A model generated the notes under the pieces. That model was not told where the DNA came from. It saw only the letters and a program-made list of their open reading frames with translations, and made no database searches. Positions 39,777-51,713 of a stretch of DNA of 64,000 bases are shown here, piece by piece. How positions within the stretch are numbered: position 1 is the first letter of the stretch; the number at the start of each line of letters is the position of its first letter. A program made the position numbers and the translations under genes. The stretch is from an uncultured SAR116 cluster alpha proteobacterium (GTDB taxonomy: Bacteria; Pseudomonadota; Alphaproteobacteria; Puniceispirillales; GCA-002684695): positions 26,506 to 90,505 of the forward strand of contig CACMFN010000007.1 in the NCBI GenBank assembly GCA_902612965.1. The letters are read 5' to 3'.

Positions 39777-39906
39777 AATAAATTATTGTTTATTTTGATA
39801 TATTATCTAAAAATTAAATATATTTAGTTATTTTAATTTATTATTAAAAAACATTAAATATCAATCTTTAAAGCTGGAGAAAAAAATTAAAAAATTTAAT
39901 GCCATT

Positions 39907-41028
39907 TTGGTTGCTGCTGGGAAAGGCTCTAGACTACAAAGTAAAGTGCCAAAACAATATCTAAAAATTGGGGATCACCAAATAGTTGATATTTGTATTA
40001 ATATGATATCTAGTCATAAATTTTGTAAATATTTAATTGTGGTATTAGATAAAGATTATTCTAAATATTATAAATTTAAAAATACAAAAAAAAATATAGT
40101 ATTTATTACTGGAGGAAAAAGCCGACATGAATCAGTATTTAAAGCTATAAAAGTATTACCTAAGAATAATTTTTTATTATTAATTCATGATGCAGCAAGA
40201 CCTGGTATAGATCATATAATTATTGATAAATTAATTAATAGTCTTAGCAAAGAATTTTCAGGTGTGGTGCCTACATTACCAATAAACGATAGCATTATTA
40301 AAAAAGATAAAATTCTATCATCAGTGAAAAGAGAGAATTTATATAGAATTCAAACACCGCAAATCTTTTCAGCTAATGTTTTAAGTTTAAAAGATTTTGA
40401 TAAAAATAATGAAGCTACTGATGAATCAGAAATAATAATCAAAAAAAATAAAAAAGTAAAAATTATTAAAGGAAATGAAAAACTACATAAAATTACAACA
40501 GAGTGGGATTACAAATTTTTAATGAATATTTTTGATACACAAAATAATATAAGAACAGGCAATGGATTTGATGTTCATGCATTTACAAAAGAGCCTTCAA
40601 AATTAATACTTGGTGGAGTAATTATTGATTATCAATTTGGACTTAAAGGCCATTCTGATGCCGATGTTTTACTTCATTCAATTACTGATGCTATTCTTGG
40701 TTCAATTTCTATGGGTGATATAGGTACGCATTTCCCTCCAAATGAAAGCAAGTGGAAAAATGCAAACAGTTCTATTTTTTTAAAAAAATCTTTAAAGTTA
40801 CTTAAAGAAAAAAATGGAGAGATCAATAATTTAGATATTACAATTATATGTGAAGAACCCAAAATTAGCACATATACAAAAGAAATCCAAAAAAACTTAT
40901 CTAAACTTTTAAATATTAAAGAAGAAAAAATTTCTTTAAAAGCAACAACTACGGAAGGTCTTGGATTTACAGGAAGGAAAGAGGGTATAGCTGTAATGTC
41001 AAATATTTTAGTAAATATTAAATCTTAA
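39907..41028 (+). CDS. ispDF: Bifunctional IspD/IspF (MEP cytidylyltransferase / MEcPP synthase)
   Basis: IspD motif VAAGKGSRL and IspF motif GHSDADVLLHSITDAILG. The track start is a TTG inside the conserved AILVAAG strand, so the real start is probably upstream (see findings). Confidence 0.9.
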   Translation: MVAAGKGSRLQSKVPKQYLKIGDHQIVDICINMISSHKFCKYLIVVLDKDYSKYYKFKNTKKNIVFITGGKSRHESVFKAIKVLPKNNFLLLIHDAARPGIDHIIIDKLINSLSKEFSGVVPTLPINDSIIKKDKILSSVKRENLYRIQTPQIFSANVLSLKDFDKNNEATDESEIIIKKNKKVKIIKGNEKLHKITTEWDYKFLMNIFDTQNNIRTGNGFDVHAFTKEPSKLILGGVIIDYQFGLKGHSDADVLLHSITDAILGSISMGDIGTHFPPNESKWKNANSSIFLKKSLKLLKEKNGEINNLDITIICEEPKISTYTKEIQKNLSKLLNIKEEKISLKATTTEGLGFTGRKEGIAVMSNILVNIKS

Positions 41029-41459
41029 TTATTATACAAATGGGCAGCTCTTTTTTCAAAAGCTGTTACCATTCTTTTAAATGCGTCTGAAAAAAGACTC
41101 TCCATTAATGATTGAAAAAAAATATTTTTAAACTCAAAATCTAAATAAAAATTTATTTCACAATAATCTTTGTCTTCATTAAATTCCCATTTATTAGTTA
41201 AAAACTTGAATGGGCCATCCTCATAAGACACAGATATTTTCATATTTTTTTTATCTAATTTTACCCTACTTCTAAATTTTTCTTTGAAAACTTGAAACCC
41301 AATCATTAAGTCTGCAATTAATATATTATTGTCGTTTGAAATAACCCTTGAAGCAACACACCAAGGAAGAAACTCTGGATATTTCTCTATATCAGCAACT
41401 AAATCAAACATCTTCAGTGGCGTATATGGAACTTTTCTTTTTTCAGAATGTTTAGTCAT
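41025..41459 (-). CDS. SRPBCC/START-fold ubiquinone-binding protein (COQ10/RatA family)
   Basis: 144 aa. Polyketide-cyclase-like fold pattern. Sits immediately downstream of lipA, as is common in Alphaproteobacteria. Confidence 0.7.
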   Translation of the reverse strand: MTKHSEKRKVPYTPLKMFDLVADIEKYPEFLPWCVASRVISNDNNILIADLMIGFQVFKEKFRSRVKLDKKNMKISVSYEDGPFKFLTNKWEFNEDKDYCEINFYLDFEFKNIFFQSLMESLFSDAFKRMVTAFEKRAAHLYNN

Positions 41460-41465
41460 TTAAAA

Positions 41466-42419
41466 TTAGTAAGATTTTTTAAGGTCCAATTTAATTCTCT
41501 CATTTTTGAGCTTTTGGAAATCTTCACTAGCATGATATGAAGATCTCGTTAATGGAGAAGATGACACCATTAAGAACCCTTTACCATAAGCATACTTCTT
41601 ATAATATTCAAATGTATCTGGAGAAACAAATTCCTTAATTGGAAAGTGTTTAGGAGTTGGCTGAAGATATTGACCAATTGTTAAAAAATCAACATTGGCT
41701 GCCCTTAGATCATCCATTAATTGCAAAACTTCTTTTTTGGTTTCACCAAATCCAACCATAATACCTGATTTTGTAAAAACGTCAGGCATAATATTTTTTG
41801 CATCATCTAAAAGTTTTAATGATGTAAAATACCTGGCTCCAGGTCTAATATCATTGTAAAGACCAGGAACAGTTTCAAGATTATGATTAAAGACATCTGG
41901 TTTTGATTCCATAATAATATTCAATGAATGAGATTTATTTCTAAAATCAGGTGTCAAAATCTCTATAGTTGTATAAGGAGACTTTTTTCTAATCTCATAA
42001 ATAGTATTTGCAAATTGTGCTGCACCACCATCAATTAAGTCGTCCCTATCAACTGAAGTTATCACTACATGCTCAAGCTCCATATCTTTAACAGCTTCAG
42101 CAACTCTAACTGGTTCGAATACATCTATAGCATTTGGCACCCCTGTTGTAATATTACAAAATGCACAAGCTCTCGTGCAAATTTCACCTAATATCATCAT
42201 TGTAGCATGTTTTTTTGACCAGCATTCTCCAATGTTCGGACATGCTGCTTCTTCACACACAGTAACTAATTTCTTTGATTCCATCAAATTTTTAACTTTT
42301 TTCCAGTTATTAGATGATGGAGCCCTAACTTTAAGCCATTCTGGCTTTTTATGTGAAACTGATGAAATATTTTTTTGTTTTTCGGGGTGTCTTATAGTTT
42401 TAGTCATTATTATACTCAA
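41466..42419 (-). CDS. lipA: Lipoyl synthase
   Basis: 317 aa. Auxiliary cluster [13 protein letters not shown] and radical-SAM motif [10 protein letters not shown]. Confidence 0.96.
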   Translation of the reverse strand: MSIIMTKTIRHPEKQKNISSVSHKKPEWLKVRAPSSNNWKKVKNLMESKKLVTVCEEAACPNIGECWSKKHATMMILGEICTRACAFCNITTGVPNAIDVFEPVRVAEAVKDMELEHVVITSVDRDDLIDGGAAQFANTIYEIRKKSPYTTIEILTPDFRNKSHSLNIIMESKPDVFNHNLETVPGLYNDIRPGARYFTSLKLLDDAKNIMPDVFTKSGIMVGFGETKKEVLQLMDDLRAANVDFLTIGQYLQPTPKHFPIKEFVSPDTFEYYKKYAYGKGFLMVSSSPLTRSSYHASEDFQKLKNERIKLDLKKSY

Positions 42420-43825
42420 ATATGTATAGCTTTATCATATGCTGATAGAACAGATTCGTGCAAAGATTCAGATAAGGTTGGGTGGGCAAAAACAGTTTTC
42501 ATTAATTCAATTTCAGTTGTTTCAAGACTTTTAGCAACACTTAAACTATTTATTAATTCGGTAACATCTGATCCAATCAAATGTGCTCCTATAAATTCTC
42601 CAGTTTCCTTGTTAAAAATTGTTTTTACTATACCTTCAGTATCTCCTGTAGTAATTGACTTACCATTTGCTAAAAAAGGAAATTTTCCAATTTTTAATTT
42701 TATATCTTTTTGTTTAGCTTGTTTTTCTGTAAGTCCAATTGATGCAATTTGCGGGTTAGAATAAGTACAACCTGGAATAACTTCTTTTTTTAATTCATGA
42801 TTTTCTTGGTACCCAGCAATAATTTCAGCAACAATAACTCCCTCATGAGAAGCTTTATGAGCTAGCCATGGAGGTGAAGTAACATCACCTATTGCATATA
42901 TATTTTTAATATTTGTTTCCATTTTATTATTTGTAACAATATGTCCATTTTCTGTTTTAATATTAAACTTTTCTATCCCTAAATTACTAATATTACCTTT
43001 CACACCAATTGCAACTAAAACGTTTTCTGAAACTATTTCGTGAATTTTATTATCTATTTTAAATTTTGAAATAGCATTATTTTTTGTTAGATCAATAGTT
43101 TGCAAGTGAGCATTATTAAAAAAATTTATACCTTTTTTTGTAAAAATAGATTTTGCTAACTCTGAAATTTCTTCATCTTCATTTGGCATAATATTTTTTT
43201 CTGCCTCAATAACTGTTACTTTAGAACCCATATCATTATAAAAACTTGCAAACTCAATTCCTATTGCCCCAGATCCAATAATTGTAAGAGATTTTGGTAA
43301 TTTTTTAGGTATCATTGCCTCTTTTGCTGTCCATATTCTATCACTTTCGTTTTCAATTCTTGGGAGTGATTTTGGAATAGCGCCAGTTGCAATAACTAAG
43401 TTTTTAGTCTCTAATTTTTCGTTGTTTCCATTATCTTTATTGATATTTATTTCTATAAATTCTGCAATACAAGAAATTGACGCAAATCCTTTAATTACTT
43501 CAACTTTATTTTTTTTAAGAAGAAATTTAACACCTGATGATAATTTTTTTGATGCATCTCTTGATCTTTTTACAATTTTTTCAATATCAAAAGTTATTTC
43601 ACCACTTATATCGAAACCAAATTCCTTAAATTTGTCTAAATTATTTTTAAATTCACTAACTTTAAGTAGAGATTTTGTAGGTATGCAACCCCAATTTAAA
43701 CAAATTCCACCTAATTCTTTATTTTCAATTAATGTGACTTTTAAACCTAATTGACTAGCTCTAATAGCAGAAACATATCCACCTGGCCCTCCACCGATAA
43801 TAATAACATCTTTCAAATTTGTCAT
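42416..43825 (-). CDS. lpdA: Dihydrolipoyl dehydrogenase (E3)
   Basis: GGGPGGY FAD motif and redox disulfide [14 protein letters not shown] place the start at [13 protein letters not shown] (43825), not the track start at 43888, which would overlap pdhC. Confidence 0.93.
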   Translation of the reverse strand: MTNLKDVIIIGGGPGGYVSAIRASQLGLKVTLIENKELGGICLNWGCIPTKSLLKVSEFKNNLDKFKEFGFDISGEITFDIEKIVKRSRDASKKLSSGVKFLLKKNKVEVIKGFASISCIAEFIEININKDNGNNEKLETKNLVIATGAIPKSLPRIENESDRIWTAKEAMIPKKLPKSLTIIGSGAIGIEFASFYNDMGSKVTVIEAEKNIMPNEDEEISELAKSIFTKKGINFFNNAHLQTIDLTKNNAISKFKIDNKIHEIVSENVLVAIGVKGNISNLGIEKFNIKTENGHIVTNNKMETNIKNIYAIGDVTSPPWLAHKASHEGVIVAEIIAGYQENHELKKEVIPGCTYSNPQIASIGLTEKQAKQKDIKLKIGKFPFLANGKSITTGDTEGIVKTIFNKETGEFIGAHLIGSDVTELINSLSVAKSLETTEIELMKTVFAHPTLSESLHESVLSAYDKAIHI

Positions 43826-43833
43826 TTTGAAAC

Positions 43834-45099
43834 CTATAATAACATTAATGATGGGTTCTCTATGAAATCTTTGAATTTGTTTAACCATTGAGCCCCTAAT
43901 GCACCATCAACGGCACGGTGATCACAGGATAATGTTACAGTCATTAAATTTGATATTGTAATTTCGTTTTTACTTACAATTGCTCTTGGCTCTGCTTTTC
44001 CTACAGCTAGTATCATGCTTTGTGGAGGATTGATTATTGCATTAAAATTTTTAATACCATACATTCCTAGATTAGATACTGTGAAATTACCACCACTATA
44101 TTCTTCAGGAGATAATTCACCTTTTTTTGCTTTTGATGCTAATAATTTTACTTCGCTAGAAATTTCTTCAATTCCTTTGATAGATACATTTTTAACAATT
44201 GGGGTTATCAAACCATCCTCTACTGCAACTGCTACAGATATATCATAAGAATTATAATATCTTATAAAATCGTTGTTCCAACTGCAGTTAGCCTTAGGAA
44301 ATTTTTTTAATGCTAAAGCTGATGCTTTTATAATAAAATCATTAACTGAAACTTTTGTGTCACCTTTATTAACATTTTCCCTAATCTTATTAATCTCAGA
44401 AATATCGCAATCTACAGATAGGAAAAAGTGTGGTGCTTCACTTGCAGATTTTACTAATCTCTCTGCAATTGTTTTTCTCATTGGACTATGAATGACGTCT
44501 TTATATGAGGTGTCAGATGAGCTTTTATGATAACTATCAATGGAAGTAATATTTTTATTAGATATAATAAAATCTTCTATATCTTTTTTTACAATTCTTC
44601 CGTGTGGACCCGTACCTGAGAGACTAGAAAAATTAACATTGTTTTTTAGAGCAATTCTTTTGGCAAGTGGGGAGATTTTTATTCTTTCATCTTTTGTAAT
44701 ATTTTCTTTTAAATTCATATTTTTTTCATTAAAATTTATATCATGTATTGCTTTATCAGTTTTAGAATTAATTTCAGGGATTTTCTCTTTATCCATTTCA
44801 AATAAATTGTTATCATTATTTTTTTCAAATAATGAGTTAAGTTGATCTTCGGTATCACTATCTTCTTTAATTAATGCTAAAGTTGACCCAACAGCAACAT
44901 TATCAGTTCCCTCTTCAACAAATATTTCATACAAGACTCCATCATCAACGGCCTCAATTTCCATAGTGGCTTTGTCTGTTTCAATTTCAGCAATGACATC
45001 ACCTGAAACAACTTTTGAGCTTTTTTTAATTAGCCATTTCGACAACTTCCCAGCTTTCATAGTAGGAGAAAGAGCTGGCATTTTTATTTGAGCAACCAT
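43834..45099 (-). CDS. pdhC: Pyruvate dehydrogenase E2, dihydrolipoamide acetyltransferase
   Basis: 421 aa. Lipoyl domain [10 protein letters not shown], a subunit-binding domain and the catalytic SCDHRAVDGA. Confidence 0.93.
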   Translation of the reverse strand: MVAQIKMPALSPTMKAGKLSKWLIKKSSKVVSGDVIAEIETDKATMEIEAVDDGVLYEIFVEEGTDNVAVGSTLALIKEDSDTEDQLNSLFEKNNDNNLFEMDKEKIPEINSKTDKAIHDINFNEKNMNLKENITKDERIKISPLAKRIALKNNVNFSSLSGTGPHGRIVKKDIEDFIISNKNITSIDSYHKSSSDTSYKDVIHSPMRKTIAERLVKSASEAPHFFLSVDCDISEINKIRENVNKGDTKVSVNDFIIKASALALKKFPKANCSWNNDFIRYYNSYDISVAVAVEDGLITPIVKNVSIKGIEEISSEVKLLASKAKKGELSPEEYSGGNFTVSNLGMYGIKNFNAIINPPQSMILAVGKAEPRAIVSKNEITISNLMTVTLSCDHRAVDGALGAQWLNKFKDFIENPSLMLL

Positions 45100-46394
45100 T
45101 AACCTTTTACAATCCTATTTAGTGCAGAAAGAACACCTTCCACAATATCTTTTCCCTGTGGTAATGCTAATTTCTCAAGGTTTTCAGCATAAGGAAGAGG
45201 AACATCCAAACCAGTTACTCTTTTTATTGGAGAGTCAAGCCAATCAAATGCCAGCTCTTGGACTTGTGAAATAATTTCGGAACTAATACCAGCAAATGGA
45301 AAACCCTCTTCACAAACAACTAAATTATTAGTCTTTTTAATACTTTTAATAATTAGATCAGTATCTAGAGGTTTTATTGTTCTCAAATCTATTACTTCGC
45401 AGGAAATATTCTCATTTGATAAAGTTTCAGCAGCTTCAAGTGCTTTACCAACCATTATTGAAAAAGCAACAATAGTAATGTCATTTCCTTCTCTTAAAAT
45501 ATTTGCTTTGCCAATAGGAACAAAATCATCAATTTCATTTACTTCAAACTTTTCACCGTAAAGTAACTCATTTTCCAGAAAGATTACTGGGTTTGGGTCT
45601 CTTATAGAAGATTTTAAAAGTCCTTTTGCATCAGAAGCAGACCACGGTGAAACAACTTTCAATCCAGGACAATGAGCATACCAACTAGCAAAACATTGTG
45701 AATGTTGAGCGGCAACTCTAGATGCTGCCCCATTAGGGCCTCTAAAAACAATAGGGCAACCCATTTGACCACCAGACATATATAATGTTTTTGCAGCAGA
45801 ATTTATTATTTGATCGATAGCCTGCATTGAAAAATTAAAGGTCATAAATTCAATTATCGGTTTCAAACCACCAAATGCTGCGCCTACACCTAAACCTGCA
45901 AAGCCTTGTTCAGTAATGGGTGTGTCGATCACTCTTTTTTCACCAAATTCTTCTAGTAGACCCTGGGTGACCTTATAAGCACCCTGATATTCTGCGACTT
46001 CTTCTCCCATAACAAAAATATTTTGATCTAAACGCATTTCTTCTGCCATGGCATCCCTTAAAGCCTCGCGAACAGTTATTGTATTTTTCGTTAAAATCAA
46101 ATTTTCGTCTTTGTTTGTACTAGGTAGAACACTAATTTTTTCGTCATCATTTTCATCATCATCACCGATTTTTGCAATTACAGTTCCAACCTCTATATTT
46201 TGCTCTCCTTCTTTAAATAAAATTTTATTAACTTTACCATCATCTATACTTTCTAATTCCATAGTTGCTTTATCAGTTTCAATTTCAGCGATAATATCTC
46301 CACTTTTTATATTATCTCCCTCTTTAACCAACCATTTAGCTAAAGTACCTGAAGTCATTGTAGGCGACAAAGCTGGCATTTTTATGTTTGTCAT
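45099..46394 (-). CDS. pdhB: Pyruvate dehydrogenase E1 beta subunit with an N-terminal lipoyl domain
   Basis: 431 aa. N-terminal MPALSPTM...[10 protein letters not shown] lipoyl domain followed by the transketolase-like E1 beta core. Confidence 0.93.
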   Translation of the reverse strand: MTNIKMPALSPTMTSGTLAKWLVKEGDNIKSGDIIAEIETDKATMELESIDDGKVNKILFKEGEQNIEVGTVIAKIGDDDENDDEKISVLPSTNKDENLILTKNTITVREALRDAMAEEMRLDQNIFVMGEEVAEYQGAYKVTQGLLEEFGEKRVIDTPITEQGFAGLGVGAAFGGLKPIIEFMTFNFSMQAIDQIINSAAKTLYMSGGQMGCPIVFRGPNGAASRVAAQHSQCFASWYAHCPGLKVVSPWSASDAKGLLKSSIRDPNPVIFLENELLYGEKFEVNEIDDFVPIGKANILREGNDITIVAFSIMVGKALEAAETLSNENISCEVIDLRTIKPLDTDLIIKSIKKTNNLVVCEEGFPFAGISSEIISQVQELAFDWLDSPIKRVTGLDVPLPYAENLEKLALPQGKDIVEGVLSALNRIVKG

Positions 46395-46405
46395 TAAATC
46401 CTCTT

Positions 46406-47452
46406 TTACAAATAAATATCTGTTAACAATTCATTGTCATCAGGTAATTTACTCTCTAAAGCAAAATCTGATGCATTCGTTACTAATGATTTAATTTCAC
46501 CGTCAATATTTTTAAGTTCTTGATCAGTTACTTTTTGCTCTTGTAAGACTTCTTTTAAATTTTCAATACAATCTTTTTGTTGACGGACAGCGTCTACCTC
46601 AGAGCGAGTTCTGTATTTAGCCGGGTCAGACATTGAATGCCCCCTGTAACGGTAAGTTTTCATTTCTAAAATGAAAGGTCCTTTGCCACTCCGAGTAAAA
46701 TCTATTGCTTCTTTACCAGCTTCTCTTACTGAAAAAATATTCATGCCGTCTACTTCCATACCAGGAATACCATAAGCCTTTCCCCTATCTGCTAATGAAC
46801 TGCCTGCTGAAGCTCTGTCTACAGAGGTTCCCATTCCATATTTATTATTTTCAATTATAAAAATGACAGGCAAGTTCCAAAGAGCAGACATGTTAAAACT
46901 TTCATAAACTTGACCTTGATTAACAGCTCCATCGCCTAAATAAGTCATACAAACAAAACCATCATTTTTATATTTATGTGAAAATGCTAATCCTACGCCA
47001 ATTGGAACTTGCGCCCCAACAATACCATGTCCACCATAAAAGTTTTTTTCTTTACTAAACATATGCATGGAACCACCTTTGCCCTTAGAGTAACCATCCT
47101 CTCTGCCAGTAAGTTCTGCCATAACTCCTTTAGGATCCATCCCACAGGCTAACATGTGCCCATGATCTCTGTAAGAAGTTATAACACTATCACCTTCTTT
47201 AGAAACTGATTGCATACCGACAACCACTGCTTCTTGACCAATGTATAAGTGACAAAAACCTCCAATAGAACCCATTCCATATAACTGACCTGCTTTTTCT
47301 TCAAATCTACGAATTAAAAGCATTTCCTTATAAAGCTTAATTAAAAACTCATTATTTAACACGTTAATATCAGATGTTTTTTTTATTTTCTTAGTTGGTT
47401 TTTTTCTTCTAAGGGCAGGCTTTGATAAAATAATTTTTTTTGACTTTGACAT
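46406..47452 (-). CDS. pdhA: Pyruvate dehydrogenase E1 alpha subunit
   Basis: 348 aa. YRDHGH and the TPP motif GDGAVNQG. Confidence 0.94.
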   Translation of the reverse strand: MSKSKKIILSKPALRRKKPTKKIKKTSDINVLNNEFLIKLYKEMLLIRRFEEKAGQLYGMGSIGGFCHLYIGQEAVVVGMQSVSKEGDSVITSYRDHGHMLACGMDPKGVMAELTGREDGYSKGKGGSMHMFSKEKNFYGGHGIVGAQVPIGVGLAFSHKYKNDGFVCMTYLGDGAVNQGQVYESFNMSALWNLPVIFIIENNKYGMGTSVDRASAGSSLADRGKAYGIPGMEVDGMNIFSVREAGKEAIDFTRSGKGPFILEMKTYRYRGHSMSDPAKYRTRSEVDAVRQQKDCIENLKEVLQEQKVTDQELKNIDGEIKSLVTNASDFALESKLPDDNELLTDIYL

Positions 47453-47567
47453 TTTAGTACGGTTAGTTGGTTTATGATTAATATAAACAATTTATAAAAA
47501 TATTCAATACTATCTAAGTTATTGAAAATATTAATATAAATAATTTTTAACTAGATTTTGTTAAAAA

Positions 47568-47885
47568 TTATTCAATTGCAATAAATAAATCTTTCTGATA
47601 AGCAAAACCTAAATATTGATAAGCTAATTCTTCTAATATATCCGGATCAACGTTAGGTCCTTTAATTAAATCAACTTTATTTTGTAAAACAGAAATATCA
47701 TGCTCAAGTTTTTTTAGCTCTGTTTTAGCTTCTTTGATGTCATTGTTTAAAATATTTAAAACTGGGATACCACCATTGTTCCTAGAGGCGTTTACAATTA
47801 ACAACCCGGATATTATTAATGGTATTGAAAAATAAAAAAAATTAAACTTGTTACTTTTGAGTTTATATAAAATCGACATAATCAA
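47568..47885 (-). CDS. ftsB: Septum formation initiator (FtsB/DivIC family)
   Basis: 105 aa. Single TM plus a coiled coil. Conserved position between eno and pdhA. Confidence 0.75.
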   Translation of the reverse strand: MIMSILYKLKSNKFNFFYFSIPLIISGLLIVNASRNNGGIPVLNILNNDIKEAKTELKKLEHDISVLQNKVDLIKGPNVDPDILEELAYQYLGFAYQKDLFIAIE

Positions 47886-47920
47886 ATTGAATCAGATTAA
47901 AATGAATCGGTCAACAATAT

Positions 47921-49195
47921 TTATTTTAAAATATTTGATCCATTAAATATTGCTTTGCTACCAAGATGCTGTTCAATTCTAAGAAGTTGATTATATTTGC
48001 AAAGTCTTTCAGACCTAGATAACGATCCCGTTTTAATCTGACCTGAACACAATGCTACAGAAAGATCTGCAATAAATGTGTCCTCTGTTTCGCCTGATCT
48101 ATGTGAAATGATTGTTCCGTAATTATTATTTTTAGCTAAATTAATTGTATCAATTGTTTCTGTAAGAGTTCCAATTTGATTAAGTTTAATTAATATTGAG
48201 TTTGCAGCTCCATTATCTATACCTTTTTGAAGTCTTTGAGAATTTGTTGCAAAAAAATCATCCCCAACAATTTGTATTCTTTTTCCTAATAAATCTGTTA
48301 ATTGACTATAGCCTTCATAATCATTCTCATCTAAAGGGTCTTCAATAGAAATAATTGGGTAATCATTTACTAGCTTTTCCCAGTAATTTATCATTTCTGA
48401 AGTGTCTAATTTTTTATCGCCACTATCAATTATATAATTTCCATTCTTGAAAAACTCTGAAGAAGCAGCATCAATTGCAATTTTAACTTCATCTTCAAGG
48501 TTTCTGCCTGCATTTTTAATTGCCTTGGATACAAGAGAAAGGGCATCATATACATCTTTAATCTCAGGAGAAAAACCACCTTCATCACCTACAGAGGTTG
48601 AATAACCATTATCAGAAAGAATTTTTTTTAATTCTTGGAAAATTTCAGACCCCCACCTTAATGCTTCAGAAAATGTTTCAGCGCCGACCGGCATAATCAT
48701 AATCTCCTGAAAATCAAGTGCGTTATTTGCGTGAGCGCCACCATTAATTATATTCATTAATGGAGTTGGTAAAATGTACTCATTTCTTTTATTTAAGTAG
48801 TAAAATAAATTTGAATTTTTGTATAATGAACCTGCCCTCGCAACTGCTAAACTTACTCCTAAAATAGCATTAGCTCCTAAGCGACTTTTATTATTAGATC
48901 CGTCAAGATCAATTAGTATTCTGTCAATTTTTCTTTGATCAAAAGGTGTTAACCCTAGTAAATTTGTATTAATTTCATTATTTATATTATCAATTACATT
49001 AAGAACGCCCTTGCCACCAAACCGAGATAAATCATTATCCCTTAATTCAATTGCTTCATGCTGACCTGTGGATGCACCGGAAGGAACTGCAGCACGACCT
49101 ATTTGCCCACTAGTAAGATGAACATCCACTTCAATTGTTGGGTTGCCCCTTGAGTCTAAAATTTCTCTTCCAATTAATTTTTTTATTTTGGACAT
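47921..49195 (-). CDS. eno: Enolase
   Basis: 424 aa. SHRSGETED and IKLNQIGT motifs. Confidence 0.97.
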   Translation of the reverse strand: MSKIKKLIGREILDSRGNPTIEVDVHLTSGQIGRAAVPSGASTGQHEAIELRDNDLSRFGGKGVLNVIDNINNEINTNLLGLTPFDQRKIDRILIDLDGSNNKSRLGANAILGVSLAVARAGSLYKNSNLFYYLNKRNEYILPTPLMNIINGGAHANNALDFQEIMIMPVGAETFSEALRWGSEIFQELKKILSDNGYSTSVGDEGGFSPEIKDVYDALSLVSKAIKNAGRNLEDEVKIAIDAASSEFFKNGNYIIDSGDKKLDTSEMINYWEKLVNDYPIISIEDPLDENDYEGYSQLTDLLGKRIQIVGDDFFATNSQRLQKGIDNGAANSILIKLNQIGTLTETIDTINLAKNNNYGTIISHRSGETEDTFIADLSVALCSGQIKTGSLSRSERLCKYNQLLRIEQHLGSKAIFNGSNILK

Positions 49196-49202
49196 ATAAA
49201 AC

Positions 49203-50018
49203 CTAGATATGTTGTTTTGAAATTTTATCTAAATCCTTCAAGATTTTAAGAAGATTTCCTAACTCTTTTAATGGTAGCATATTTGGACCATCAGATGGAG
49301 CATTATCAGGGTCTTTATGAGTTTCAATGAACAAACCAGCAACCCCTACAGCTATAGCAGCTCTTGATAAAACAGAGACAAATTCTCTCTGGCCACCTGA
49401 GGATATACCTTTGCCACCAGGCTGTTGAACACTATGAGTTGCATCAAATATTACTGGGCAATTTGTTTTTTTTAACTCAGGCAAAGCCCTCATATCTGAA
49501 ACTAAAGTATTATAACCAAAGGAAACACCTCTCTCAGTAACTAGCACTTTATTATTTCCAGAGTTTTTTATTTTACTTACAACTTGGTGAATATCCCAAG
49601 GCGCTAGAAATTGTCCCTTTTTAATATTTACTACACAATCTGTTTTAGCAGCAGCTATAAGTAAATCTGTTTGCCTACAAAGAAATGCTGGAATTTGTAA
49701 TATGTCTACAACTTTAGATGCCATATTGCATTGGCTTTCGTTATGGATATCTGTAATGGTAGTTAAATTGAATTCTTGTTTAACTTTTAATAAAATTTCA
49801 AGACCTTCGTCTATTCCAATACCTCTATGCGAGGATAATGAAGTTCTGTTTGCCTTATCGAAAGATGATTTAAAAATTAATTGTATATTAAGTCTATCAC
49901 AAGTATTCTTAATATTCTCAGCATGATAAAGTGTATCATTGAGATTTTCTATTGCACACGGTCCGGCAATTAAAATAAATGGCTGATCATTGCCTACAGT
50001 TATATTATTAATTCTCAT
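49203..50018 (-). CDS. kdsA: 3-deoxy-8-phosphooctulonate synthase
   Basis: 271 aa. GPCAIE start of the barrel and the DATHSVQ motif. Confidence 0.93.
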   Translation of the reverse strand: MRINNITVGNDQPFILIAGPCAIENLNDTLYHAENIKNTCDRLNIQLIFKSSFDKANRTSLSSHRGIGIDEGLEILLKVKQEFNLTTITDIHNESQCNMASKVVDILQIPAFLCRQTDLLIAAAKTDCVVNIKKGQFLAPWDIHQVVSKIKNSGNNKVLVTERGVSFGYNTLVSDMRALPELKKTNCPVIFDATHSVQQPGGKGISSGGQREFVSVLSRAAIAVGVAGLFIETHKDPDNAPSDGPNMLPLKELGNLLKILKDLDKISKQHI

Positions 50019-50029
50019 AAAATCAAAAC

Positions 50030-51658
50030 CTAAACCAACCTAGAAAATTTAGAAGCAGCACATACAAAGTCTTTAAAAAGAGGATGAGGCTCAAATGGCT
50101 TAGACTTTAATTCAGGATGAAATTGGACACCTATAAACCATGGATGATTTTCATGCTCTACTATTTCTGGTAACAAACCATCTGGAGACATTCCAGAAAA
50201 TTTTAAACCAGCTCGCTCTAACTCAGGTTTGAATTTAATATTTACTTCATATCGATGCCTGTGCCTTTCAAAAATAATATCCTTTTGATAGACATCTTTA
50301 GCTAAGGACCCATCTGAAATGTGACATTCATAGGCGCCTAAACGCATCGATCCACCCAAATCATCTTCGGATGATCTTATTTCGACAGTATTTCCTTTTG
50401 TCCATTCCAATAGGAGTCCAACAATTGAAGACTTAAAACTTCCAAATTCTGAAGAACCTGGATCAGGTATACTGGTTAAATTTCGAGCAGCCTCAATAAC
50501 AGCCATTTGCATACCGAAGCATATTCCAAGAAAAGGTATATTATTTTCTCTCGCATATTTTATTGACAATATTTTCCCTTTTGAGCCTCTTTCACCAAAT
50601 CCACCAGGAACTAATATACCATGTATATTTTCAAAAATTGTATTAAATTTATTTTCATCCTCAAGTTCTGATGAATCAATCCAGTGAACTTTAACTTTTG
50701 TTTTATTTGCTATACCTCCATGAGTAAGAGCTTCATCAAGTGACTTATAGCTATCAATTAAAGATGTATATTTACCTACAACTGCAATATTGATTTCACC
50801 CTCTGGGTTTTTAATAGCTGATTTAATATCTAACCATATTTTCAAGTTTGGTTCTTTGGGCTTAATCCCAAAATGATCACAAATAACTTCATCTAATCCA
50901 TTCTTATGATACACTAATGGAACATCATAAATGCTATCTGCATCAATGGCCTCAATCACAGATTTTTTTGGTATATTACAAAAAAGAGCTATTTTATCTT
51001 TTTGGTCATCAGGAATATGCTCTTCAGTTCTGCATAAAACAACATCTGGTCTTATACCTACTGATTGAAGCTCTTTAACAGAGTGTTGGGTAGGTTTAGT
51101 TTTCAATTCACCAGCAGCAGCAATAAAAGGCACTAAAGTTAAATGAAGAAAACAAGTTTTATCCCTCCCAAGTTCATTGCCAAGCTGTCTTATTGCCTCA
51201 AGGAATGGAAGAGATTCAATGTCACCTACAGTTCCACCAATTTCACATAATATAAAATCTTCATTCTTTAGATCTGATATTATAAAATCTTTAATAGCAT
51301 TTGTAACATGAGGGATAACCTGAATAGTAGCCCCTAAGTACTCACCCTTTCTTTCTTTAGCGATAACTTGGGAATAAATTTGACCTGTTGTAACATTATC
51401 AGATTTTTTTGCGGACACCCCAGTAAATCTTTCGTAGTGCCCTAAGTCTAAGTCAGTTTCAGCACCATCGTCTGTAACAAATACTTCACCATGCTGTGTT
51501 GGACTCATTGTCCCTGGATCGACATTCAAATATGGGTCTAACTTTCTTAGTCTAACTTTAAAACCTCTTGACTGAAGAATTGCTCCTAAAGCTGCTGATG
51601 CAAGTCCTTTACCTAAGGAAGATACCACGCCGCCAGTAATAAAAATAAAATTTGGCAT
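50030..51658 (-). CDS. pyrG: CTP synthase
   Basis: 542 aa. [10 protein letters not shown] and the glutaminase motif GICFGMQ. Confidence 0.97.
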   Translation of the reverse strand: MPNFIFITGGVVSSLGKGLASAALGAILQSRGFKVRLRKLDPYLNVDPGTMSPTQHGEVFVTDDGAETDLDLGHYERFTGVSAKKSDNVTTGQIYSQVIAKERKGEYLGATIQVIPHVTNAIKDFIISDLKNEDFILCEIGGTVGDIESLPFLEAIRQLGNELGRDKTCFLHLTLVPFIAAAGELKTKPTQHSVKELQSVGIRPDVVLCRTEEHIPDDQKDKIALFCNIPKKSVIEAIDADSIYDVPLVYHKNGLDEVICDHFGIKPKEPNLKIWLDIKSAIKNPEGEINIAVVGKYTSLIDSYKSLDEALTHGGIANKTKVKVHWIDSSELEDENKFNTIFENIHGILVPGGFGERGSKGKILSIKYARENNIPFLGICFGMQMAVIEAARNLTSIPDPGSSEFGSFKSSIVGLLLEWTKGNTVEIRSSEDDLGGSMRLGAYECHISDGSLAKDVYQKDIIFERHRHRYEVNIKFKPELERAGLKFSGMSPDGLLPEIVEHENHPWFIGVQFHPELKSKPFEPHPLFKDFVCAASKFSRLV

Positions 51659-51713
51659 GGTTTATTTTTATACAACTCAAATAAAATTTTGGCTAGTTTA
51701 AAAAATAAAATAA

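Noticed and set aside
41025-41459. Possible RatA-type toxin of a toxin-antitoxin pair
   Set aside because: No antitoxin-sized partner gene is present. The gene sits in the conserved lipA-adjacent position of the COQ10/SRPBCC ubiquinone-binding family. A housekeeping role is more likely than a toxin role.
43826-43888. 21-residue N-terminal extension of lpdA given by the ORF track (MVKQIQRFHREPIINVIIGFK)
   Set aside because: It would overlap the 3' end of pdhC by 55 nt. The conserved E3 N-terminus begins at [17 protein letters not shown] (ATG at 43825), 8 nt after the pdhC stop.
45099-46394. Lipoyl domain fused to the E1 beta subunit (PdhB) as a novel fusion
   Set aside because: This architecture is already known for alphaproteobacterial PdhB, for example in Zymomonas and Sinorhizobium as I recall. 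It is real but not new.
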